NCBI GenBank assembly: GCA_000002445.1
Contig: CM000208.1
Coordinates: 2,208,001-2,272,000 of the forward strand
DNA: 64,000 nt
From: Trypanosoma brucei
Lineage: Eukaryota
Direction of reading: 5' to 3'
A program made the translations under genes and the position numbers. This document shows positions 39,738-50,725 of this stretch, in pieces (position 1 is the stretch's first letter; every line of letters begins with the position of its first letter). The notes beneath the pieces were generated by a model that worked only from the letters and a program-made list of their open reading frames with translations, did no database searches and was not told the DNA's origin.

Positions 39738-42047
39738 ATGGAAACCTCATGTGCCTCTGCAGAAGTGCGTAATGAATTGAGTAAATTATTGCAGCGGTTT
39801 CAAGATCCAGAGGTTCAGTTTGACCCCATTCAAAAACGTGGAGTCATAAGTAAGGTGATTGGTTACATGACGATGGGTGTTGACACTTCATGTCTCTTTC
39901 CACACTTGACACTTGCATGTGAGACGACAGACTTTGTCACCAAGAAACTCGTTTACCTTTATCTCAGCAATCATGCAGAGAAGAATCCTGAAGTGGCGTT
40001 ACTTTGTATAAACACACTTATTAAAGAGTGTAAGGAACAAAGTCCCATTGTGCGAGGACTTGCGCTGCGCTCCCTTTCTTCCCTTCGGTTGCCACAACTG
40101 TTTGAGTACTTATTTCCTGTCCTAAAGACTGCCTTCACCGATCCATCCCCTTATGTGCGCAAGACGGCGTGCACATGCGCCCTTAGAGTTTTCCGCGCGT
40201 CACCCGCGGAGTTTCGCAGGCATCAGTTTCTCAACAACGTCCTAAAGGCCTTGCAGGATAGCGATGCTCTGGTGTGTGGGAATGCATTGGCAGTGCTTCT
40301 TGAAGTCTCCCGCGAAGCCGAAGCTAATGGTTGTACGGAAGGTGTTTTGCATGTGACAAAACCTTTATTGTACCAACTGCTAAACATCATGAAACGCGTC
40401 TCCGAGTACCACCGCGTGCAGATTATTAGCCTCATACATAAATACGTACCTCAAGATGAGAGTGAAATGTATGACATTATGAATTTATTGGATGAACACC
40501 TCCAGACGAGGAATAGCGGTACTGTACTAAGTGTGTGCAAGGCTTTGTTTCACCTGACGCAGAATCACCCTGCGATGTATTCTGAGGTTCTCAGTCGCTT
40601 AAAGGCCCCGCTTCTTACGCTAGTGTCGTCGTGCACTGGAACAGAGGCGGTGTATCCTGTGCTATGTCATATTAAGCTGCTGCTGCAACATGAGCCCCGG
40701 CTTTTTCAGGATGCATACAAGTCATTCTATTGCCGCAACGGGGACCCAACCTATACAAAGACGGTTAAGATGGATATACTTAGTATGTTAGTGACTCCCA
40801 CCTCGGTAGGAGATATTCTCAATGAATTTGTAGCGTATGCGCACGAACGTGGAAGCAGCGCGGTGTCATGTGCCGCCATCGAGGCGATTGGCCGAATCCC
40901 ATTGAAACTACCAGCGATGGTGGAGGATGTGACGAAGCATCTCGTTACATTCCTGGAGAGCAGTGTTGAGTACGTACGTAACACGAGCATCACGGTCATG
41001 AAGGGCGTTCTGAAAAATCGTCGGTATATTCCCACGGTCCAATTGTTTCTTGAGAAGCTGATGGAATCATATCGTGAGATGGATGTGGTGGAACCTGAGA
41101 GCTCCGTAGCGCTTGTGTGGCTTCTCGGCGAGTATGGTGAGCACATAGAAGAGGCGCCGTATATTTTGGAGGAGATGTGTAATGATTCTCTTCTCAAGCG
41201 CCCAGCAGAGTTCCTTCGACAGTTTCTTACATCCTCCATAACATTGTTCTTCAAACGCCCACCGGAAATGCAACGCGTTCTAGGACGGATGTTCCAACTG
41301 CTTGCCAATGACTTCACACATCCAGATGTTCACGACCAGGTGCGTCTCTACTATCGGTTACTCCGAGAGAACCCAGAAGTAGCTTCCTACGTAATATGCG
41401 CCCCGAAGTCTGACATTATCGAGTTTGCAGAGGAGCGGAACGCGGAACTCAAGGATAAACTCTTTGATGAGTTCAATACACTCTCTGTTGTGTATTTCCG
41501 ACCGAGTGAAGAATTTGTCCGCGACTCTGCACCACGCACAGGCGATGATGACGATGATAAAACTGAAGATGAAGAACAGGAAGACGATCCCACACATGAC
41601 GAGGATGGGAATAAGACAACACACGAGGGGATAGCAGGCCACAATGTCTCCACTTTGCCTAACGTTTCTCATCCTCATTTGGAAAGCAACTTTAGTCTCT
41701 CAGTTGATGCGAGCATGGAACTGCACGAGTTTGAGCATCGCTGGATCTCGCTTGGTGATTCAGTTGTGACGACAGCCAACATGCAATTGCGGCTGCGCAG
41801 TGTCCCTGACATGGAAATGTTTGAAGATGCACTTGACGTGTGTGGAGTCGTCATGCTTACGGCTGGTCCTCACAATGATGGTGATAGATGCTTTTTGTAT
41901 GCGCAAGAAGAGGGCGCAATGGGAGCGTACTTTCTACTGGAGGTATGCCTGTCGAGGAATGGTATGGTAAACGTTAAGGTGAAGTCCGACAGCGCTCACA
42001 TGCAGCAATTTTTGCAACATTTTCACAAAATCATGGATCAGTTTTGA
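39738..42047 (+). CDS. AP-complex beta subunit (beta-adaptin)
   Basis: Track ORF starts at GTG 39687; the first ATG (METSCASAEVRNELSKLL) is at 39738. The adaptin N-terminal trunk is clear: KRGVISKVIGYMTMGVDTSCLFPHLT, KKLVYLYLSNHAEKNPEVALLCINTLIKECKEQSPIVRGLALRSLSSLRL, and SPYVRKTACTCALRVF. An acidic hinge (DDDDDKTEDEEQEDDPTHDEDG) is followed by a short C-terminal appendage-like domain. Which AP complex (AP-1/3/4) cannot be decided from sequence alone. Confidence 0.8.
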   Translation: METSCASAEVRNELSKLLQRFQDPEVQFDPIQKRGVISKVIGYMTMGVDTSCLFPHLTLACETTDFVTKKLVYLYLSNHAEKNPEVALLCINTLIKECKEQSPIVRGLALRSLSSLRLPQLFEYLFPVLKTAFTDPSPYVRKTACTCALRVFRASPAEFRRHQFLNNVLKALQDSDALVCGNALAVLLEVSREAEANGCTEGVLHVTKPLLYQLLNIMKRVSEYHRVQIISLIHKYVPQDESEMYDIMNLLDEHLQTRNSGTVLSVCKALFHLTQNHPAMYSEVLSRLKAPLLTLVSSCTGTEAVYPVLCHIKLLLQHEPRLFQDAYKSFYCRNGDPTYTKTVKMDILSMLVTPTSVGDILNEFVAYAHERGSSAVSCAAIEAIGRIPLKLPAMVEDVTKHLVTFLESSVEYVRNTSITVMKGVLKNRRYIPTVQLFLEKLMESYREMDVVEPESSVALVWLLGEYGEHIEEAPYILEEMCNDSLLKRPAEFLRQFLTSSITLFFKRPPEMQRVLGRMFQLLANDFTHPDVHDQVRLYYRLLRENPEVASYVICAPKSDIIEFAEERNAELKDKLFDEFNTLSVVYFRPSEEFVRDSAPRTGDDDDDKTEDEEQEDDPTHDEDGNKTTHEGIAGHNVSTLPNVSHPHLESNFSLSVDASMELHEFEHRWISLGDSVVTTANMQLRLRSVPDMEMFEDALDVCGVVMLTAGPHNDGDRCFLYAQEEGAMGAYFLLEVCLSRNGMVNVKVKSDSAHMQQFLQHFHKIMDQF

Positions 42048-42800
42048 CTTCGTCGTCGTGGCGTTTTATTTTTGTTGACATTGTTTATTTTTGTTCGAGT
42101 TAATCACATTACACAGTCCGTTGCACCGGTTTTTGGTATCACTTCACGCGAAACTGTTAAGTAGAAACAATGAAATTGAGGGACGTACGATTCACTGTAC
42201 ATTTTAGTGCTGTTTGTTCGAGTTGTGCCACTTCATTTATTTTTTTTCTGCTTTCTTATCACCTGTTGCGGCCACACTTGGGCAAATGTATGGCCACGAG
42301 TAACAATCAGTTGCGACTGGGTTTCTCTTATCCGCTGTTGTTTAACCATCTTTTGAGGATGAAGAGTGGGAAATGCGGGAAATCATCGAAATACAGCTTT
42401 TCAGTTTGGGGAAAGGACTGCTTTCGGATTTGACGATTGGCAGAGGCTATTATTATTATTATTTTCTGTTGTCTGCGCAGTTATTTTTTCCCCATCTTCA
42501 TGCATCCGCTCAATAAAACTGTAGCGAAGAAAACAAGAAAAAACAGCACACACACCTCTGGAGTGCATTCTTGATCAACTCGTCGCTATTTTTACCTTAC
42601 TCGCTTAGACTTTGCCTTAGTGTCAAAAGGACAGTTGGCAGGAAGCTTTAACGAAGGGAGGAGGAAGAAAGACGACTGAAGTAGATCGCGGCGTCAGGAC
42701 GTTATAAGGAACTGCGCCTCTTAACTTTTGATTGTGCATATACAGGTAACTATCATTTGCAAGTATATATATATATATATACGCATATATTTGAATAGAT

Positions 42801-43898
42801 ATGGATGACAAACAGGCGTTCTTTGTACGCTGCATAGATGGAAAGACATTTAAGATGGTGATTCGGGGGGACCTGGGGAAGTTAACTGTTGGAAAGATTA
42901 GGCGATACCTAAAATCATACGGTGTCCAAGATGGGATGCAGCTACTCTTCAACGGTTTGTCGCTTGCGGACGAGCAGGTGGGCAGCGATTTTGGCCTTTG
43001 CAATGGTGCCACGCTGCATTTGGGTCCTCCATCGTTTAGTGAACCTGCGGTCCCACAACGGACTCATGGCCAAGGCTTTAGTGACGAGGCAGCTGGTTCA
43101 AGGACCGGAGACCCAACTGATACACCTCATTCATCTCTGAGTGGTGACTCGCGGGAACGTAACTCAAAAGCGGACTCCACGCATCGTGACCCGTGTGGTG
43201 GGTTAAGTCATGCCGATCCAGCGAGAGGGACTGCCACTTACTCAGGGGGACGTTATAATGTGGATAAAGGGATCCCTGTTACCGCTACCTCTGCAACGAA
43301 AACAAATATTGATAGGATCCCCAGCGCCGATTTGACTAGTCACAGTGGTTTCCCGGTGGCTCTCGAAGTAGAGAACCAGCAACTGCGCGAACAGGTGGAG
43401 TTACTGCGTCGGGAGGTCGCCGACTTGAGGCAAAAGAACAAGGCGCCGCGCGCCACGGTATTGCGACAGGATCTCACATCAATAGAGGTGCTGCAGAGTG
43501 CTAAATCCAACCTGCAAGAACTTGCTGAAGAACTTGGTGTTCCACTTCAATTCGATACGAACTTCACTTGTGTGGTGGGTGATGACGAGAGCCACACCGT
43601 CTTGGTTACCTTTGACTGTGTCACTGAGCGTCTCTATATATATTCCACCCTCCTCACTCAAATTCCGCATGATGGTGAGGTTCGCGCCAAGTTGTATGAA
43701 CTTCTACTGGAGGGTTCATTGCTTAGCCGCGAGGTTTGTGGCGGTGGCATCGGCATATCACCGCAGAACGGTCTCGTGCTTCTCTCTACCACCATACCTC
43801 TGCGGCACTGCAACTCCTCCGCGTTGAAGGATATCATGCCGGTGTTTGTTGAAACAGTTGCGCGCTGGCGTTCGCTCATAAATGAACTGCTTAACTAG
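42801..43898 (+). CDS. protein with N-terminal ubiquitin-like domain, central coiled coil and C-terminal alpha/beta domain (function unknown)
   Basis: ATG start. Residues 1-77 align to the ubiquitin fold: FFVRCIDGKTFKMVI (compare IFVKTLTGKTITLEV) and QLLFNGLSLADEQ...GATLHLG (compare QRLIFAGKQLEDG...STLHLV). A heptad-like segment follows (ENQQLREQVELLRREVADLRQKNK). The C-terminal about 130 aa (TFDCVTERLYIYSTLL...GLVLLSTTIPL...FVETVARWRSLINELL) are unassigned. Confidence 0.5.
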   Translation: MDDKQAFFVRCIDGKTFKMVIRGDLGKLTVGKIRRYLKSYGVQDGMQLLFNGLSLADEQVGSDFGLCNGATLHLGPPSFSEPAVPQRTHGQGFSDEAAGSRTGDPTDTPHSSLSGDSRERNSKADSTHRDPCGGLSHADPARGTATYSGGRYNVDKGIPVTATSATKTNIDRIPSADLTSHSGFPVALEVENQQLREQVELLRREVADLRQKNKAPRATVLRQDLTSIEVLQSAKSNLQELAEELGVPLQFDTNFTCVVGDDESHTVLVTFDCVTERLYIYSTLLTQIPHDGEVRAKLYELLLEGSLLSREVCGGGIGISPQNGLVLLSTTIPLRHCNSSALKDIMPVFVETVARWRSLINELLN

Positions 43899-45241
43899 CA
43901 CGATAATAGTTTGAAACCTCTTTTCATTGTTATTGTTCGCTTCCTTCCCATTCTTCGTGGGTTGATGAGGGGGCAGTCAAGTTTCATATGAAGTGCTTGC
44001 TGCGCCCCCACCCCGGCCTCTTTCGTTTCTGTCTTGGCTTCCCGCCACCGCTATTTGCAGCTACTGCTGCTTTATCACATCGGAGTTTTGAGGGACACAC
44101 GAGAGAGCATTTGGTCACACAGTCACTATTAACATGTTGAGATGGAGGTAAGACGATAGACCATGTGATAGAGGGGAAAACACTAGTAAGCTCAACGGAA
44201 GGAAGGAAGTTTAGATGAAAATAAAAAAATTTTGAAGAAAGAACACAAATGGGGAAGCATGTGAAGGGGAAGGGGAAAATGAAGGGTAATACCTTTTGTT
44301 GGTACAGCGTAGTTTAGTGATTGCTTGGGGATCGGACAGCCGATCAGAAAGGGCAAGTTTCTTTGCACTACATATCTAACGGGTTCCAATATTCAGTTGA
44401 GTGCAGCACACTGACGGAGATGCGTTTGAAAAACTCGTGAGGCCGCTGCGAAAACTGACGGCAGGAAGGGTTCGAAGAAAAGGAGGAGAGTACGTGCTAG
44501 GTGTGGGTGGTGGTGGTAATTTTATATTGCTTCGTCTTTTATGTTTTATGCTGTTTATGTTTTAACTTATCTGCCCAACCAAAGGCTGTGGTCACACGCC
44601 GCAAACTAGGTGGGTTTAGAAGGCAAGGTTTGAATTATGTGCCTTCTTCTTTTCGTTGTTAACTAAATCCCCTTCCTTTTCTTTCATTTACTTCGTGGAG
44701 TACCACCCTCCATATCACATACATACACACACGCACGTACAGAATTACCTCTCGCCGCGATGTCCTCGTTAAGAATTGGCCTTTAATATGTCCCTTTACT
44801 TACCGTTATATCTGACGTGCACGGATCTACGTATCGGGCCGGGACCTTTTCTCACTTTTACTTCGGTCGGATCTCACCCAATGCATTCCCCTTCTCTCGA
44901 TAGGCATTTGAACGAGCGTTTGCGCGTAAATTTTCCCGTTCCACCTTTTAACTTTCTTCTTCACTGAAAGAATTCAACAATCGTCATACATATAAGTGTG
45001 CGAAAGCATGTGCGTTCATCAACTAACTGTCGGTCTTGTAGTACCCAAGCATACCTTTTTATCTTTCTTTTTTTTTTTACTAAACCGGTGTGTAACCGTG
45101 CCTGTGAGATATAGAGAATCAATAAAAGGGAGACGGTAGGGAAGTGGGTCTTTGAAAAAGACAAAAAACAAAAACAAAAATCAAATCGGACTACGAGGTG
45201 ATATTGAGACCTCCCCGCTGATTTGTGTGCACGGAAGGAAA

Positions 45242-46051
45242 ATGCCGCCGCCGCCACCAGCACCACCGCCACCGCCACCGCCACCACCTCCACCCAAGGC
45301 AACAGAAGGCAACTCATCAAGCACCGTTGGAGGCGCGGCATCGGCCCTCTTTGCTGAGATCCGCCAGGGTGGTGATAACATTACCTCTCGACTCCGCCAC
45401 GTGACGGATGATCAAAAAGCATATAAACAAAACATTCAACACGGTGCCGTTGATTTCTCCGACCTCGATGCAAAGAAGGCAGAGGCGGAGGCCAAGCGAC
45501 AGCAGAAGCAAAAGCAACCGGAAACCACCGCAGCGGAGGAACCCGTGACGCGACTCGAAGGGGACAAGCGGTGGGTGGTTAAACACCACAAAGGAACTCC
45601 TTCGGAACCCTGCAAGGTGACTTTGGAAGATGTCAATATGCGTCATGCCGTGCACATTCACGGTTGTGACAACACATTTGTTGAGGTAAAGGGGAAAGTT
45701 AACACGGTCTCCGTTGTGTCATGCAATAAGGCGCAAGTTATCCTGGAGAGTGTTGTCTCGGCTTTGGAGGTCCTCAAGTCTGACAGCGTTGATGTTACGG
45801 TGCGGCGTTTTGTCCCCACTGCTATGGTTGAGAAAAGCACGTCGGTGAATCTCTTCCTCATGGATGTTGAGGAGGCGCCGAACACTGAAATTGTAACAGC
45901 ATGCAGCAGCGCTGTGAATGTGAACTTCCCTACCGTGGAGGATCCAACAGATATTTTGGAAAGACCCCTCCCGGAGCAGTTCGTCTCACGTATTGTGAGG
46001 GACAATAGAGGAAAGTATAAGATTGAGACGAAGCCAAATGAGGTGGCGTAG
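45242..46051 (+). CDS. cyclase-associated protein (CAP/Srv2), short form: polyproline + WH2 + C-terminal CARP beta-helix domain
   Basis: Track ORF starts at TTG 45152; the first ATG (MPPPPPAPPPPPPPPPPPKATEG) is at 45242. A polyproline tract is followed by a WH2-like motif, GAASALFAEIRQGGDNITSRLRHVTDDQK (compare LF.EI.QG...LKHV). The C-terminal CARP/TBCC-type beta-helix repeats are VNMRHAVHIHGCDNTFVEVKGKVNTVSVVSCNKAQVILESVVSALEVLKSDSVDVTV. The N-terminal helical-folded domain of canonical CAP is absent. Confidence 0.65.
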   Translation: MPPPPPAPPPPPPPPPPPKATEGNSSSTVGGAASALFAEIRQGGDNITSRLRHVTDDQKAYKQNIQHGAVDFSDLDAKKAEAEAKRQQKQKQPETTAAEEPVTRLEGDKRWVVKHHKGTPSEPCKVTLEDVNMRHAVHIHGCDNTFVEVKGKVNTVSVVSCNKAQVILESVVSALEVLKSDSVDVTVRRFVPTAMVEKSTSVNLFLMDVEEAPNTEIVTACSSAVNVNFPTVEDPTDILERPLPEQFVSRIVRDNRGKYKIETKPNEVA

Positions 46052-47076
46052 TGAAATTCCTATAGCATCCCAGTTTGCGTGTAAGAGCGTATTTTTACTT
46101 CAGCCGCATTTACATTTGGGAAGGGACTGAAGGGCGGGGTAGAGGCGGTTCCTGTTAACGAGCATGGGTGGGAGAAGAGTAACCCCACACGAAAACGATG
46201 CGGCGTGAAAAAGTCGCGCGATCAAGAATAGGAAAAAGACAGTAGAGAGTGTAGCAAGAGGGAAGATTAAGGTGGGAAAAATTTATTACTTACACCAGAT
46301 AGGTTTCGGCATCAACTCTACAATCTTCCGCATTTGGCGGAAGGGATGTCTGTGGAAGGGGGGAGAAGGTAAAAATTTGTTGTGGAATGTACTTTTGTTT
46401 GCTGCTTTCTCGGCAGGCGGAAGGAGCCGTTTCATCCGAATGTCGCAGGTATTTCGTTTTGCTTCGCCTTCGTCTCTTCCCCTGTGTTTGCTCAACCTCT
46501 TGCGTTGGGTGCGTTGGTTCATCGTTGCCGCTCCCCTTCAAACGTTTCGATTTCATTCTGTAAATACGCGCCTCTCAACGGTTGATTTTTACTGCTTTGT
46601 GGCCAAACTAGCTGGTTTATTTCTTTTATAATGCTCCTTTGATGTTGTGTCTCGTTGAAAGAGCAGATGCAGTCCGTTGAGTGAAGTTGTGTGCTTTGGT
46701 GTGTGTACCGTTCCTCCACCCTCTTCTCTGGGGTTTTATCTTTCTTAATTTCCTCTGCATTCCTTTGTACTCATTGTTTTTCGCTTCCCTTCTGTGCCAA
46801 CTTGTATGTGTGCCCTCGCGGCTGGTGCAGCCTGTCCTTCCTATCGCAAAGGGCACGCTAACGAACGTAGAAGGGGTGAGTACGTTGGACGCACTCATAA
46901 GCAGCTGAATTAACAAAGTGACGATAAAGAACGCAGCAAAAAAAGTTAGAGAGAGTTACGGAGTCCGTAAGGGAGTTTCAACGGTCGTCAAGGTGACCAA
47001 ATAGGTCCACGCATACTGGCAGATACATATATATATATATATAATATACGTGTTGTGCTTACCTAGGTGAATCAAC

Positions 47077-48051
47077 ATGACTTCGCTCAACACAGAGCTG
47101 GCTCTCGCAAAGAGGTTTCATATGCTGAGCAAAAATTATAGCAACCGCCCTGTCATCGCGCGCCGCAACACGCTTCCCACTCTTGTGCGGTTTATTCGGA
47201 GTAACGACCGAGAAACTCGTCACTACTCCCTCTCTGCGCTCCTGCTGCTTGCGCAACACGAGGAAAATGTGGAACTACTTTGCTTGGAGCGCGGCCTCGT
47301 CCCGGGTGTTTACGCAGTTTACAAAGATGCCGATTACGACGACCCCCAGTTACGTGAAATAGCAGATCAAATTCTGAACTGTCTCGAACCCGTTTTGCAG
47401 GGCAGAGACCCACGTAAGGCTAGCCAAACAAGCGTAACTCCTGTTGGGAGTAGCAGTGATGCGGTTGACAGCGATCCTTTAAATGATAGTTTTTCCCCCA
47501 GTCGACGAGCGCGCGCGGGCAGGGTGCTGCGGGGAGTTGGCTCGGATGCTATCCACACTGTTCTACTTGACATCCCCGCGTTGGATCCGAATGGGGGGGA
47601 CAATATTGAGGCTATCGAAGACATCTTTCAAACAACGCGCGGCGTTTTGTCATACTCTATTTTTGTGGAGAACAGACAGGCACGTCTGTTCGTTACATGT
47701 GCCACACAGGTAGTGCAACAAGTCCTCTCCGACTCTGGTTTCGAATCAGTGGTAGTTCGCGATGACGTCGTCAACCAGGAGATGTTTGGCGGCGGAGCTG
47801 ACGGCAGTGCCGGGTTAAATAGCGGTGGGAATAGAAGCAATACAAGCTACTACGATGGCGGTTCTCCACAGCACCGTCCCTCTTATCTGCAAAGTGTCGC
47901 CAACAGCATCTACCAGTCCGCACTTGTCCTTGGAGGTGGCAGCAGGAATAATGACACGCTGTCGGCACGTGTTAACGAGCAGCGGACGAGGGAGCAAGAA
48001 GGAGAATCAACATTTGGGTACATATCGAAAACGCTGTCGAAGTGGTGGTGA
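47077..48051 (+). CDS. hypothetical protein, possible ARM/HEAT-like N-terminal region
   Basis: ATG start, 324 aa. LVRFIRSNDRETRHYSLSALLLLAQHEENVELLCLERGLVPGVYAVYKD resembles armadillo-type repeats. The C-terminal half is Ser/Gly/Asn-rich and low complexity. Confidence 0.45.
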   Translation: MTSLNTELALAKRFHMLSKNYSNRPVIARRNTLPTLVRFIRSNDRETRHYSLSALLLLAQHEENVELLCLERGLVPGVYAVYKDADYDDPQLREIADQILNCLEPVLQGRDPRKASQTSVTPVGSSSDAVDSDPLNDSFSPSRRARAGRVLRGVGSDAIHTVLLDIPALDPNGGDNIEAIEDIFQTTRGVLSYSIFVENRQARLFVTCATQVVQQVLSDSGFESVVVRDDVVNQEMFGGGADGSAGLNSGGNRSNTSYYDGGSPQHRPSYLQSVANSIYQSALVLGGGSRNNDTLSARVNEQRTREQEGESTFGYISKTLSKWW

Positions 48052-48882
48052 TTTGGTTAGTAGCAATACGATCCGTAGCTAACGTCGCTATTTTTGAACA
48101 GGGGAGGTGTGAAAAAGATGTATGAAGCGGGAGGGGTCTCACCGAATGGGTGTCACTCGAACTGCAGCGCTGTTTTATCGTGGATGGACTGGTAAAAGGA
48201 AGTTATACCCCCTTTTTTCCATTGGTAAACACCCATTGCCTTCTAGAAGGGGTTGGGTTGGGCTAATCAGCTCGTTTGGCGACCCCCTGCTGCCATGTCA
48301 ACGTTTTGTTCTTTGTTGTGCCTAGAAAGTGAGATGTGAAAAAAAAAATGTGCGATTTGGGTTAAGAAGGAGAAAATAGACGGGCTCGGGGTGAGACGTC
48401 ACACATGGAGGTGGTGAAAGAAGTGAGTCGGAGGGATCGTGAACGATAGGCAGATGTTTTTTTTTCTTTTACCTCTAACTAGTAAGGAGGGGGTGTTATT
48501 TGCAGGTGGGTGGGACACAGCGCAGTACTGATTGGTGAAGAAGAGGAAGTGGTGTCCTTTTCACCACATACTTTAAAAATTCAATGTGGAACTGTGGACT
48601 CCTTTGTATGTTTGTGCTCTTTCACCTCTGCGAAGCGGTGTCCTTAAGGCATCCAATTGTCTCTCCATGTTGTTTCTATCGTTTGGTCCCCTTCTCGGAT
48701 CTCTCTTTTGTTACTGATATCGAAACAACAATAAAAAGAGAAGACGTGAAGAAAAATTGTAAGCTTCTATAAGTTTGACAAAAATAAAAAGGTTTAAATA
48801 TCATCGTTTTCGATCTGTGTGTGTGTCTGTTTAGTACGGCTACACTCGGCACCTCCCTCGCACCAACGTCAAACTGAGTGAA

Positions 48883-49581
48883 ATGAAGAGTTTCCGCGTA
48901 GTTTGCAGGTTCCCCGCCATGTTGCAGCTGCTAGCACTTGTGGGACTTGCATTGGTTCCGCAAAGCGCTCTCAGTTCTCAAAACGGCGTGTACGTAAAAC
49001 TCTTTCCCGGCCGTGAGTTGTGTTTGAGTTACGAGGGGTACCGGGAAGTGGAGGAAACACCGCCAACAGTTGCCTTGCGACATCGCGCCCTCTCGCCACG
49101 TAACGTTAACGTGCGAACACGCCTCTACGGCCCTGATGGAAACATTATACGACATGATGACCGCATCGATCCCTTTGGACAACCAGCGTCTTTCTTCTTT
49201 AAGGTAACAAAGACGGGTACATATCGGGTTTGCATGCGTACACCGTTGAACCACCCGCCGCTATCGTTTGACATGCGTTTCATCGGCGAGCGCGATGTGG
49301 CGCAGTCACCGGAGACCGTTGAGGGAGTGGAAGTTGCTGACAAACCAATAGAAGCCTCCGACTATCAAAGTTCACTTCACATGTTGGACATTTGTGTGCA
49401 AGTGGCTCTAGATGAAGTGCGTATGAGTGAGAACCGCCTTCATCTTCTTGATGAGATTACAAACTCTACGTACAACCGCGTTGTGGGATTCTTAATTCTG
49501 AACGTTCTGCTTGTCATTGTTGCTAGCGTTGGGTCAGAGAAGTATTTGGAACGATTCTTTATAAAGCAGAAGATTGCTTAA
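48883..49581 (+). CDS. p24/emp24/TMED family cargo receptor (GOLD domain)
   Basis: ATG start, 232 aa. Signal peptide is MKSFRVVCRFPAMLQLLALVGLALVPQSALS. The luminal GOLD-like beta region is followed by a coiled coil (LDEVRMSENRLHLLDEITNSTYNRV), then a single TM (GFLILNVLLVIVASVG) and a short cytosolic tail, KYLERFFIKQKIA, with the FF COPII-binding motif typical of p24 proteins. Confidence 0.7.
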   Translation: MKSFRVVCRFPAMLQLLALVGLALVPQSALSSQNGVYVKLFPGRELCLSYEGYREVEETPPTVALRHRALSPRNVNVRTRLYGPDGNIIRHDDRIDPFGQPASFFFKVTKTGTYRVCMRTPLNHPPLSFDMRFIGERDVAQSPETVEGVEVADKPIEASDYQSSLHMLDICVQVALDEVRMSENRLHLLDEITNSTYNRVVGFLILNVLLVIVASVGSEKYLERFFIKQKIA

Positions 49582-50725
49582 GCATGGCTCCAACTCTCCA
49601 CCCTGTGGATGAGTATTTAACGTTGAGATAACCAATTGAGGGGCAGTAGAAAGCGCTTTAATACCACTCACCACCAATTAAGATGACGAAACCCCTGTGA
49701 AGCAAAATAGGGCAGGGTGGCCAAAAGAAGTTATATTCAACAAACAGGCAGGGTGGAAATGCAATGTGGTTGCAGTAGAAATGCGGAACGTTAATGGGAA
49801 AGACGAAAGGGATGAGTACTCGCAAGTTGCGGCGGTGAGTTTGTGGTCTCTGGGGCTCATGCTGTGTGTGATTATTTTTTCTGTGAGCTTGTTATTCTCT
49901 TCGGTGTAGTCAAGTTGTGCTGTAAGTGCTAAGATTTGTGTGCCTATGAACTCTTTTTATTTTCGTTTTGATATATATATATATATATATATGTTGTTAT
50001 TGTCATTGTTTGTTATTTTGCTGTACTTCTGGTTCCCTTGGCTCACGTAACGGTGGGATTCAAGGGGATAAGATGTGGCTGCAGCGTATGTGCCCAACTG
50101 TTCACTGATCGGCTGCGGCACTAACGGAACTCGATTATGAAATTTTATGTGCGTTGCGTCTGCAATTTATGCATTTTTTTTTCATCGTATTGCTGCGTGC
50201 AAAACAACAACAACAAGGGATCAGAGAGTGTTTTGCACGTGTGTATTAGTGTGAGTGGGCGCCTCTGTAATAAAAAGAAGTGACGAGTTTATACCGGGTG
50301 TCACTGCCATGTTTTCCTCGTCTTGTATGCAGAGCATGCAAACACAATACATATGCCCACATGCGTAAGTAAATACAAAAATGCATGTGCTTATTGTTGG
50401 TTTTACGGTGTGGTATATATGGGAGGTTGTGCGTTTATATATTTCTGTGTGTGTGTCTTTTCTTTGTTATTATTATTTATTGTTATTTTTTTTTTGTTTA
50501 TTCCCTTGCATGTCAGTTGGGTCGCATGTGGCGCCGACACCCCACTGCATACAGTTCTGCAATTCACTCTGAACCACCTGTGTGTTTCAGTGTGCTTGTT
50601 TGTTCTTATATTCCACCGGCTTATGTTCTCTTTTTTTTTTTTTGGTGTTGTTGCCTTAAATCTGTACACACTCCATCCATCAGAGTCGAGGAGGAAGGCT
50701 TGACAGCAATTTGTCACGCGGTGCA

